From NCBI GenBank assembly GCA_011109175.1, contig RDEW01000018.1, positions 1,041,222 to 1,105,221 of the forward strand: 64,000 bases of DNA, read 5' to 3'. Positions 10,400 through 22,085 of this stretch are shown here, one piece after another; the first letter of the stretch is position 1; each line of letters starts with the position of its first letter. The notes under the pieces were generated by a model that had not been told where the DNA came from, searched no databases, and was given only the letters and a program-made list of their open reading frames with translations. A program made the position numbers and the translations under genes. Source of the DNA: Dicyema japonicum (taxonomy: Eukaryota > Animalia > Dicyemida).

Positions 10400-11603
10400 A
10401 TGCTGAATAATCCTGTTGCAACTTTTAAGTGCAAAATTGACGCATTAAAACTAGAAAGAGATACTTTTGAATCTAAAGTAAGAGAGCTTGAATTGAAATT
10501 ATCGACAGTAACAGAATCCTTAGACGCTGTAATGAGAAATAAATTAATCCTAGAAACAACATGAAATAGTTTCCCTGAATAACCAGCTACAAATAAGCGA
10601 GGAAAGTGGAAATTTGGCCGACAAGAACGTTAAAAATACGACTGTTAAGCTTGACGAGATGACTGAGAAATTCGAAGAGTCTGTGCGGTAACTTATAAAA
10701 TTATTTCAGCCAATTGAACTTTTTGCAAATGAGAAATACCGACTTGGAAACCCTCAATGATGAACTGAAGGGCCGACAAGAACGTTAAAAATACGACTGT
10801 TAAGCTTGACGAGATGACTGAGAAATTCGAAGAGTCTGTGCGGTAACCTTTAAAATTATTTCAGCCAATTGAACTTTTTGCAAATGAGAAATACCGACTT
10901 GGAAACCCTCAATGATGAACTGAAGAACAAAATGAGCGCCATTTCCTTAAGGCAAACAACCTTCGAGGATGACTTGGCTGACGTATTAGCTTAGCTGACT
11001 TTAAGGCTTATCGAAAGGTAGCCAATCTGGAAGATCTCAACTCAAAGCTGGAGGAAAGCCAAGAAGAGCTTAAAAAGTAATTTATTCCTTAATAAAGAAC
11101 CCTTAATAACACTACCGACGAATTGGAGACCTTGAGCCGCGACTACAAGAGTTTAAGCTCAAAATCCCTAGAGGTTCCCTGTTGTTGATACTTAAGGATA
11201 GTAAAAAGGAGGACGAGTATGAGAAGACTATAAAGAATCAGAAAGATCGCCTAGATGAGGTACGTTTAGTGTAAAACCAGTCTGATCGAAAAATTGAGGA
11301 GTAAGCTCAAAATCCCTAGAGGTTCCCTGTTGTTGATACTTAAGGATAGTAAAAAGGAGGACGAGTATGAGAAGACTATAAAGAATCAGAAAGATCGCCT
11401 AGATGAGGTACGTTTAGTGTAAAACCAGTCTGATCGGAAAATTGAGGAGTTGTTAAGCCACCAGACACATATGGAGGACAAGATGGTCCTTCTGGAAGGT
11501 TCAACGTCTCCTAATTATAGAGTCCATTAATATTGAGAGGGTGAATGTCCAAAAGCTCACTGAAACGATGTCGTCCACCTTCCATGACATTAACAGTTTA
11601 TAG
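10400..11603 (+). CDS. TPM: short-form (~248 aa) tropomyosin with two internal tandem duplications in this assembly
   Basis: Continuous coiled-coil translation. After collapsing the duplications, internal exons are 134, 118, 71, 76, 63 and 70 nt, the sizes of animal tropomyosin exons 3-8. Introns are 21-25 nt. Confidence 0.88.
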
Positions 11604-12069
11604 AAGGCCATGTTATTTCTAATTCTCTGAGTCAATAAATTTGTTTTCTCTACAAATATGAGATCTATTCTTCATACGATTTCTCACGGCGACGTTGTGG
11701 TAAGCGTTTGCTTAGGAACAAAAATTAATGTGGTTAAACGAATTATTTCTTCAATTAACTTAATATAAAGCCAAGATACCGTATTTTTAGTTATTTGGTG
11801 TTGATTCTGTGGTTTTACTAAGAGTCCTTTTTGTGATAACATTTCCCATTTCAGTCGATAATTTTAAAAAATTAAAGTTCATTAAAATGTCAAAATATTT
11901 CGTTTGTGACCACTAAAATGTGAATTGGTTCCGTTTAGAAAGCCCGCTCAATTTAATCATTTTAGACAATTGATTGGTCTGCCAGATGTTACAGAGAAAT
12001 TTAAATATAAGCAAAATAAAAAAATAAATTAAATAACGTATATTAAAAAGATTAATATTTAAATTTATT

Positions 12070-12822
12070 ATGGCGAACATAGCTGATTTTGTTGGATTTG
12101 TTGCCTTCGCATCCACAATATTTCAACTATTCGGCGGAACGTTAGTTATCGTTTTGAAATTTTTTAGTGGTCCATGTCTCCACATTTTGCGTAACAAACG
12201 ACTGGACGGACAGTCCCCAACTCCATACATTCTCACTATGATTAGGTACTGCCATTTTACCATTAAAGTTCGACTCTGTGGTCGTACTACGGCAAAATAA
12301 CTATGGACCAGACGATTTTGTACTCAAATACGCTCGGAATAATCTTCAATGCGGCATATTTTGCTTTATTTTTGAGATTTACTAAATTCAAGGTAACTGT
12401 CTGGGCTATTCCAGTTTCATTTATTCTTAAAATTTTTTTTTCTGGCTTCAGTCTGCCTTCTTATGATCAGTTCTGTGGCCAGCATTGCTGACTTTGAAAT
12501 GCAAAAATTCGTGTTGGGGCTATGCTGCAGTTTTGCCTCAATTCTGGTTTCCGCCTCGCCAATGTCCGACTTGGTTGTTTGTCGAATGACTTGATAGACC
12601 CACGTGGTCAGAACAAAGGATAGCAGTCATATGCCACGTCTTTTTTGTCTCTGCTGTTTGTTTGGGTCTTTTTCTTGGATGTTGTATGGAGTGGTTATAA
12701 ACGACAGTTTCATGATAGTTGTATTCCTATAAATTTAGAACATTAATGTCATCGGCTCGGTCCTCTCGGCTCTTTCAGTTTTCGTTTGCTTCAAGTATAG
12801 GAAAATTTGTTATGATATTTAA
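12070..12822 (+). CDS. SLC50A1: SWEET1/MtN3-saliva sugar transporter
   Basis: Two MtN3 repeats: SPTPYILTMISSTLWSYYG...DQTILYSNTLG and ASPMSDL|THVVRTKDSSHMP...WMLYGVVINDSFMI|NINVIG. Five 22-27 nt introns. Confidence 0.92.
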
Positions 12823-15068
12823 CATATTTTGCTTTATTTTTATTGTCACTTATATATGCCCGTACTGTTGTTTTGTGATGTCAAGTAGGTTACCTGTGAG
12901 TCTCTCAGGACAATCCGGTTCAGCAGTGAGGTATCAGTGATGACGGTGTCGCTCAAGACAGGCCTCTCACGTGGCCAAAAAAAGTTAAGAATCAGTGTCT
13001 TGGCTTCTATCCTACGATTAATTAGCATAACTGATTTTTCCCTCTTAAAAGTATAGTGTGTGTCCTGCCTAGGTGGAGGTTCAAGTAGTGGAAACATTAC
13101 TACTCCCTTACCGAAGAATGCTATTATTACTGGACAGAAGGGACGCTCGCTGAGGTAGTAGAGGTTAAAAATCGATAATGGGAATAAAATGAATACAGTT
13201 TTTAGTTTTTTTTTTATCTCATTTCTTATTCTTGCCTCAATAAGTCGTCCATTATCAAAACATTTGAAATAAACGGGGATGGTTCTCGCAGCGCCTTAGA
13301 ATCGTCATTGTCGTGGGTATGCTCACTGCTCTTGAAGTTAAAACCTTATTCGGTTCTAATAAAGATCTTACGTCCTGCCACAGTTTGGACTCTTCTCCTG
13401 TGACCTCTAGTACTACTGATCATATCTCTTCAAAAAGTTTGCCATCGTTTTTTCTGTTACTTGTCTCATCGACACTAATAGCCGATCTTTATTCTCATCA
13501 AAGTCTCGTCAAGTCGTTTGTAGGACAATCTTGATACCTGCTCTGACAAAATAATCGAAATTGACGTCACGGGGGATCATCATATCAGGAAGTAGGTTCT
13601 TTCAATAAAATAAAAATTACATTTGACAGTAAAGCCATATGTTGATAATTCAAGAGAACAAACTGTTCGACCACCTGCCTACGTGGCCTATATCGCAGTT
13701 TAACGCTATTTTAGAGAATTGGCATTAACTTTAGGATTTGCCCACGTTGTCCCTAAGCCGATTTGATCCCAAAAAATCCTATTTTAACATAAACATAAAA
13801 ATTTGACCTCTTCTAACTTGAGGACTTCGCCTAAATGTCACTATCATCGAATTAATAACCACAATTAATATAAAATTTAAAATTTCGACCTCTTCTACTC
13901 GGATATTTACCAACCGGGTCTCTAACCCTTCTTGATATAATAAAGATCATTTTTACTTCCATTTTGTGTCATTTATGAAAAATTGCCTTATGTCAACGCA
14001 CTTAATCGATTTTATCTAATAGCCCTTTCTAATTTTCTTCGATTATTAGCACTGACAAAAGTCTGATGTAACCACTCTTGGAAAAGTGACAAATACCGAT
14101 GGCTTCTTCTTTTCCAACTTAATGATGACGGCTACTTACACAGGATCGGCCTACAGGGGAACCTGAACACTTAAAGAAAGAACTATGCGCCCTTTCGATA
14201 ACATTTCGTTTTAAGCTCGTCGCAGCCAAAAACTTAGGGATTCTAGGACCAAAATCATCTTTGAAGGTAAAAAGGAGAGATAACCAATTAGAGGAACGGC
14301 TAATGTAAAAATTGGGTAGGATTAACCCTTATAGCTACATAAATTGGCGACTAATTCCAATTTCTGCTAACTAAATGTGAGGAAGATAAATCTGTAGTGA
14401 ACCTAATGAGAGTTCTCGGTAATTAGCTGACAATAAAAGTTATCATCCAATTGAACGATTCTGGTGTCAATAATTCGCTTCCTCCTGAAAAGAGGTTCTT
14501 TTCATCTCTCGGAATATTTTAGATATTTTTAATAACCCCGAATATGTCTAAAAGAGGTTTATCCAGTTCCCCCTGTAGCAGTGGAACGAATCCTTTCAAA
14601 AAATAACGTTTATCCATATCCTCCATTATGAGAACCCATACTGGAGTACGGAAAAGTGGAATTTCATGCGATCCTGGGCATGCACTCGACGCCTTCTGAG
14701 TAAAGCTAAATCTCATGACGACTCTTAGGAATTAATAAGACAAAGATCAGACAAGAATCCTTGGACCAATTAGAGAGGTTTTGACTAGATCACACGTAAG
14801 CTAAGTTGGTTACCCAAACTTCATGTCACCAGTTCACTTAAAGAACACGGAAGAAGAGGAAGATGATCAAAGGATGCAAAAATCCGATATATTAACTATA
14901 ACCCTAAACAGTTCCATCAAGTTTCTTCTAAGATCCTAACCACGCCTCTATCTCCCCTACACAAAAGAGATGAAAGGATACATCCTCAATAGAAATCCAA
15001 GAACCTCATCACTAGATCATGTCACAGACCAACCATCTATAACAAAAAGTCCTTAAAATAAGCAAATA

Positions 15069-15895
15069 TCAATCATTTAAGAAAAGACTAACAAATCTGT
15101 CATATAAAAGAGGCCAAGGACCTACAAATACCCCCAATCGGCACCTTTAAAGTCATATTCCACAAGACTCTTTTCCGTTGGGTAGAGATCTATGAACCTA
15201 ACAAACATAGACCACTCATCCCTATTAAAATTAATCTCATATTTCTAGTTTAACAACATCCACGACCTCAACAAACCTCCTCCACTTACAAACAATTTCA
15301 GATTCCTCAATCAGGATCCCCCAATACGACAAAACAAGCCAGGAAGCGAGCAAGCCGTTTTGGGAAGCAAAGTCAAACGTGAAGGTGTAAAGTTGGAAGA
15401 ATTCGTTTTTATCGTTTTTTATGATATTTTTTAAATTTAAAATTTCTGTTTTTATTTGATTTAAATTCTCACATCTTTTCAAATTTATAAAAAATACTTT
15501 AAACGGTGAAAAAGGCTGACAAATTCAAAATAAGAAAATTTCTGCTGTTTTTTAGCGCTCATTTTCCAGGCCAAGATCAAAGATTCAATTTTTGTCAAAT
15601 CAAAATTTAATTCTTTTATTAATTTTTTAATTCCGTCTGAATTTATAAATAATTTATTTTCTAATTTTATTATAATAATTTAACCCGAATAATTTTGGAA
15701 AATGATATCGATATGAGAATATGTTTCTTTATTGGAATAAAATTGAAGGGCAATTTCGTCCAAGTCTTCGTCGTACCTTTCGAACATGTCAGCAGCCCAA
15801 TTCTGCTGGCAATTTAGTACTGAAGTGAGCAAATTCACGGATTTTAGTTTCTAGTGATTATATTGGGTAATCACTTTTTCTGCATATGCGGTCAT
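15069..15895 (-). CDS. DCUN1D: DCN1-like (defective in cullin neddylation) protein
   Basis: LILAWKMSA, FFQLYTFTFDFA, RDEWSMFVRF and YDFK|GPWPLLYDRFV match the PONY/Cullin-binding domain. Five 22-24 nt introns. Confidence 0.92.
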
Positions 15896-16021
15896 TTACG
15901 CATTCACTAAGAATTGAAAATTATTTAAAAATATTTAAATTAAATAAAAATTATGTAATAATATAAAATAAAAATATTGTTTTTTAATGAAATATCCGTT
16001 ACTGGTTTCCTGATCACCTAC

Positions 16022-16450
16022 TTATTATTATCAACCCCAGGCTTACAATCTTTGGTAAACTCAGCACAAACAGTCATAACTAAGTAATCCAAGGGAGAAA
16101 TTTTTTTTGTACCGATCAAATCTATCTTCCAATATTTTATTACAGGCTTCCGAAGAGAGGTAGAGAAATAGGTATGCCCTCTTCTATTTTCGTCGCACGT
16201 TTTACAGTCGCGGAAATCACTCCATTTTTCGGCGGAATGGTTTTCATAATGTAATCTTTGCCAAAGGATTTTGTCAGGGAGAAGGCAGTAAGATCCCTTT
16301 CAACTACTGTGTCGTGCCAGAAGGACTTGTCGCCTCACGGGTTGGATTAGTTTGACAAGAATTGACCTTCGCTGAAAACTCCATCTTATGGATTCGAATC
16401 CACGACCTTCAGATCGATTTCATCAAACGCTACTCTCAACCAGAAGGCCA
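16022..16450 (-). mobile_element. tRNA-derived SINE (family B)
   Basis: B-box GGATTCGAATCC near the 5' end and a (TAA)n tail; colinear with 21675-22085. Confidence 0.75.
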
Positions 16451-17294
16451 AAAATACTACCGGCTATTTCGGGGTATTCCCCTTACTGTCTAAAATGGAT
16501 TAACCATGCAGTAGAGGCTGCGGTCCTATACTTTCCCTGATTACTTTGAGATATCCTTATTCTTAGTCATGACTTACCAATAGTCCTGTGTTCGAATCCC
16601 CTTTGCAACCTGGTCGAAGGTTCTCTACCTGGCTCTGCCCCTTTCTTCTCTCAATTAGCGTGGTGTCATGTGATACACTTCTATCAAGAAATCCTAGGTG
16701 TTAGTACGGTATCATAAAGGATCCTTTTCTCCCCCTCACCACTGGATCATTTCTCTGAGGGGTTTCCACATCTATGATTTTGGACTTGTGGACATGTAGC
16801 AATGGAGGCTAAACAAGCATTATCTGGGCATTGCTGGAATAACTATATCTAAAATATTGTTTCCATGACGACATATATGAGAGCACTTGAGTGCATCGTG
16901 ATTGTATTTTATAGGGAAATCAACACGCTCTGTTAAACAAGGGTTCTTTTGATGTGATATTCGAAAGATTGTGATAGAATACCCTTTTAATAAGATTGGT
17001 ATCAATATACTGATATTATGGGGACTTTCGCCATTCTGAATCAAACCCGCTTTCTTTTTCCTTCTCATGTTTAAAGGTTCCACAATAGGGATATGCTTGG
17101 AATTAATGCGTCCTGCTTCAATAAGGGGAACTGGAAGAAACATATTTCAAGTATATCAGAACTTAAACGTCAAACTCTCCTAACACTCATCCCATGCTGG
17201 GACAGAGAGCCTGAGATCACGACTTAAGCTGGGAGCAATATTATGTATAATTTTGTATAAAATTAGTATAAAGACAAATAACACCAAAAAATAG

Positions 17295-18137
17295 TTAGAT
17301 CGGACTTGAACAATCCAGAACTTCACAGAGATCCCCACCCTTTGAGAGTTCTTCTATCGATATCTCCCCATAATAGTAATACGGCTCAAAGTCTTTCAAG
17401 GAAACCTACAACATAAGCGAATCTGATGCCTTATAGTCTACAAGAGGGGCAGTTTGTCGATTTTCCACGTTTTTAATCAAAAATATTGCATAATGTGATA
17501 TGTTTAATGTGACAATCAGTTTATACACGTGGGAGGGGACCCAGACCGAATCTGGTCCAATGGTCTTAGAAATTTAAGCTAGAAATTACGTTTACGGGTT
17601 CATCATTCGAGTAATAAGCTCCAGTAATGACTCTGAGACTTTGAACCTTTTGGCTCCTAATGCTTGTCCTCACAAACTGTTCCAAATGTTCCCATGTGTT
17701 TCTGTTAAAATATCTATTCTGAGGCATCACGTTGGAGAGAAAAAAAGTGGAACACAGTGCTTCCTTAAATAATCCAAATTCTGACCTGATTGAAGTTAAA
17801 GTCCCCAGCAGGGGAGGCATGTCCCCGATCATAGCCAGAGTGTCGGTAGTCGATTAGATTTGACCTAAATTCGGGGTCAATCATATCATCTGGTTGAAAT
17901 TCACACTCTTTTCGACTGGCATTATGAACAAGGTCATCAAGGTTTACAAGGTACGAAGACCAAATCGGAGTCTTTGACACGCGGCTATAACCCACAGAGT
18001 AGTACTCTCTGTTAATTGTCTGTAGTTGATAGTCAACCCTTTTTTTTTCCTTTCTTTAATCAATATTCTAAATACAAGAAAAATAGAAAGGAGAGAAATA
18101 TGCAGATAATACCGGATATACAGAAAATTCGATTCAT
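17295..18137 (-). CDS. ENDOG: EndoG/EXOG-family betabetaalpha-Me nuclease with N-terminal hydrophobic segment
   Basis: YRHSGYDRGHASPAGD, TFFLSNVMPQ, FNRNTWEHLE, VWVPSHVYK. Four introns; the last is probably GC-AG. Confidence 0.92.
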
Positions 18138-18849
18138 AATAATTGAATTAGTTATTTATGCAATTTATTATTTTGGTATAATTATTTTTTTTAATATTTT
18201 AAATTAAGAATTAAATTAAATTTTCTGGTGAGGCTTTCATGGTTTACCCTTCTTCTCTGTGTTTCCGAGGGTTATGTAAATGAATAAAATGACTAAGAGC
18301 CCATCTCTTTTACGATTTGTATGGAAATGCAGTCAATCAGCCTCTAGCTGTCCCAATTACTAATTTATAATAGTTCAAATGAACTCTGAAAAATAAACGT
18401 AAATTATCTACAATTCACTTTAATTAATCAACTAAAATTTGCGTGGAAAATTGCCCTTTTCCCAAAAAATGATTGCGGACAAGCTCCAAAGACAGCGAAA
18501 ATATAGTATTTAAAAATAGATATAAGATTGACTTACGAATTCAACTTAAAGACAAGGAAAGGACTCAATGGAGCTCAAGACAATGGGAAATACGATGGAC
18601 CCCTTCAGATATCAAAATGTGTGGTTTCACTATCTAATTTAAATCCAATTACTGTCAAAGATCAAAATTTTATTGAATTTTAATTTTTATGAATTTTCGT
18701 TATTAACAGCCATTAACTAAATTCGTCAAATGGACCAGTTAGATTGTTGAAGCGAAAGCGTCCGTGCACGTGAGGTCAAAGGATAAGGGATTACCAGAAA
18801 AATCGTCATTACATCGGGGCTACACATATCGACGAATTCGAGCACAGAA

Positions 18850-19560
18850 GGGAAACTATTCCCATCCAAAGGCTGTTCAACGACTTCGTTTAAGGCTTTA
18901 AGCGTGGGGCCTTGCTGCCACTCCTCCTGAAGCGTTGTATGTAATTGCCTCTCAGCAACGGAGAGTTGTCTCTAAACTCTGACTTTAAGTCTATTTGCGA
19001 CAAGAAAAACAGGATGGAGTAACCAAGTGGAGATCCTTGTAGTACCTCACTCGGCAACAGGTAGGATATTGATGTTGCCATACCGCACTCTCACCAATAA
19101 TTTTATATTCAGATGAATACAAGTCTTACAAATCTTCTTTGTCTCAGAGGCATCGAATTAGAATCGAAGACCTTTTCAATGTCCACTGAAAGCAATACTT
19201 TTTTGCATATGAGTTTTTGGTGCGTTGAATCCACGTGCGAAATTTTGAAGTACCCTAGAACCGCTTTTGAGATGACTGGGAGTGCGTCATACGGCATTAA
19301 ATACGAATGAAAAAATCACACCATGGGATCATATGTTTGAGGAAATTCAAACTCAAANCTTTTCAATGTCCACTGAAAGCAATACTTTTTTGCATGAGTT
19401 TTTGGTGCGTTGAATCCACGTGCGAAATTTTGAAGTACCCTAGAACCGCTTTTGAGATGACTGGGAGTGCGTCATACGGCATTAAATACGAATGAAAAAA
19501 TCACACCATGGGATCATGTGTTTGAGGAAATTCAAACTCAAAACGGAGTTTTTTTTATTT
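18850..19560 (-). mobile_element. degraded LINE RT fragment with N-joined duplication
   Basis: VLLSVDIEKVFDS and VLQGSPLG remnants. Confidence 0.65.
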
Positions 19561-20373
19561 ATTTTTTTCGTGTACGATAATTCCATGGCTCCTCTATGAA
19601 CTTGAGGGACGGTATTACACTGAATTATTAGGTTCACCATCTTTGTTGGCGTCAGATATAATCCTAAATTATATCCAAAAATGACCATCAAGAGGAGTTC
19701 CCTCGGACTGCTCGGGATCACCTGAACTTGTTCATTATGGCTATGACGGCAGTTTTCTGGTTCAATTAATTTATTATATTGCACACAAGGAGTTTGTTAT
19801 CTCACATCTTGAGAAGTCGAAGAGCGGAGAAATCAAGATTGCCACGCACAAGCAGCTCGACGATACTTTAAATGAGATGGGCTATTAATGTCGATCAGAA
19901 GTAACAGAGGAAAGGATGGCAAACTTTCTGAAGAATTGCGATCCTCGAATCATACACCGCAGCGCGAAATGAATTATGATTGGGATCTGAAATCGCAGGA
20001 GAGTCCTAGCTGTGGTAGGACTTGCTTTACGAGAAGCCTAAAAACTACACTAAAACTATCTCTTATTTTAGNNNNNNNNNNNNNNNNNNNNNNNNNNNNN
20101 NNNNNNNNNNNNNNNNNNNNNNNNNNNNNNNNNNNNNNNNNNNNNNNNNNNNNNNNNNNNNNNNNNNNNNNNNNNNNNNNNNNNNNNNNNNNNNNNNNNN
20201 NNNNNNNNNNNNNNNNNNNNNNNNNNNNNNNNNNNNNNNNNNNNNNNNNNNNNNNNNNNNNNNNNNNNNNNNNNNNNNNNNNNNNNNNNNNNNNNNNNNN
20301 NNNNNNNNNNNNNNNNNNNNNNNNNNNNNNNNNNNNNNNNNNNNNNNNNNNNNNNNNNNNNNNNNNNNNNNNN

Positions 20374-20766
20374 GGGTAATTTGACAATTTGGGACTATGG
20401 GATTGTTTATTGGTGATGAAGGGCTCATACTAGAGATATATAGTTCTTCCACCTGACTGTCCCACTCGCACTCACAATCGTCGAGGCAAAAGGCAGAGGG
20501 ACCCATCTTAGTCCCCATTAGTATCAATCTCATTGTGCATTCCCTCAAACCTCGGTTTACTTTAAGGATGTAGTCTTCACGCTGTCGGATTAGCAGACAG
20601 ATTTGTCCAAGTTGTAGTGCCTCTGTCGCTAGTTTCTCTCCAATGTCTACGGAAGATGTCTATTTTAGAGGATTTAGGGTACCTTCGTGAGAGAATCAAC
20701 GATAGGTCGCAACGAGTCAGATAGAGAATTTAATGCCACACTTATGTCTGAGTGATGAATGTTCAT
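20374..20766 (-). CDS. orphan protein, 5' part; runs into the assembly gap
   Basis: ATG follows an AT-rich tract. MNIHHSDISVALNSLSDSLRPIVDSLTK|TSSVDIGEKLATEALQ... with a 23-nt GT-AG intron, open until the N run. Confidence 0.65.
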
Positions 20767-21674
20767 AGTCGATATAGTAATTTAAATTATATTAATTACA
20801 TATTTAACTAAATAATTTTTTAATTTTAATTAATAAAAGACCGCCATTTAATTTGATGATGTTGTTTAACCCTTTTGTGTCTCATATCGTCGCTTTCATC
20901 AAAAATGGTCAGTATTCTACGAAACAAGAAGCGACCATGATCCGATTGTGGTGAAGATCAAAAGAGAGATCAACGTGAGGAGAATTCCTAGAAGCTACAA
21001 TTACAAAAGGCGCTTACTGGAAATTGCATCGTGAAATCTCAGAAGACGAAATGAAGAACTGTCACTTGGATAGCTTCAGTTCTTTGGATAATGCCATCAG
21101 CTGCTTTACCCGCATAATCTTGGAAGCAAGATCAAGGCTATACCCAAAAATCACTTAAAAGGAAGACGGCTTTTATTAAAGAAAAAATCAACTTAAAAAA
21201 CCTAACTGGATAACCTTGGAAATGAAACTCTGGATGAGAACATTTTATAATGAACTAAAGGCCAAAGAGTTCAGGGTCCAGAGGTTGAAGTGGAATCGTG
21301 TGCTTACAATAGTAAATCGAAATCGCACTACGGGAGAAGTGTGGAATGCTATTCCAAGTGTGGCAAAAGGCGATGAAATTTCATCGGAGGAAGATTATGT
21401 TCAAAGAGATGTGAACAACTTGATAAAATTGTATAGGAAATTTGTTGCTCTCGGATTTTGTGGACAAGGCAATGAACCATGGTTAATATACTCCTCAGAA
21501 TTCTTCACATTTTTTAAACCCAGTGGCTCATCCAGTTATCTTTGTTGCTGCCATGAGAGGCAACGTTGCAATTATGTCGTCGGAGATCAATAGTTGAAAC
21601 ATAACCGACATTTTTGTGCTTCCGATTTTATGGGCAGTTATCAATGAGAGGTTCTAATGGTCTTGAATACTCAT

Positions 21675-22085
21675 TTATAACCCAAGGCGTACAATCTTTG
21701 GTAAGCGGAGCACTAAGAGTCACGACTAATTAACCCAAGGGAGAACGTCTAGTTGTGCCGACCAAATCTATCCTCCAAAATTGTCTATTACAGGCTTCCG
21801 AAGAGAAGTAAGTAAGTTCCGTCCTTCTTCCATTTTCATCGGCCGTCCACCGTCACGGATCTCACTTCATTCTTTAGCAAAAGTTTTTTCATAATGGATA
21901 ATCTTTACCAGTGAATTGGCCAGGGAGAAGGTTGGAAGATCCCTTTCAACAACTATGTCGTGACATAAAAACTTGTCGCCTCACGGTGGGATCTGTAAAC
22001 CTTTGCTAAAAATTCCATTTTTTCGGATTCGAACCCACGACTGTCAGAACCAATGTCACCAGACGTTAATTTCAGTCAGAAGGCT
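21675..22085 (-). mobile_element. tRNA-derived SINE (family B), second copy
   Basis: GGGTTCGAATCC B-box; homologous along its length to 16022-16450. Confidence 0.75.

Noticed and set aside
19888-20387. Long ORFs spanning the N gap
   Set aside because: Artefacts of translating Ns; 19820-20030 is a degraded repeat also present at 13370-13540
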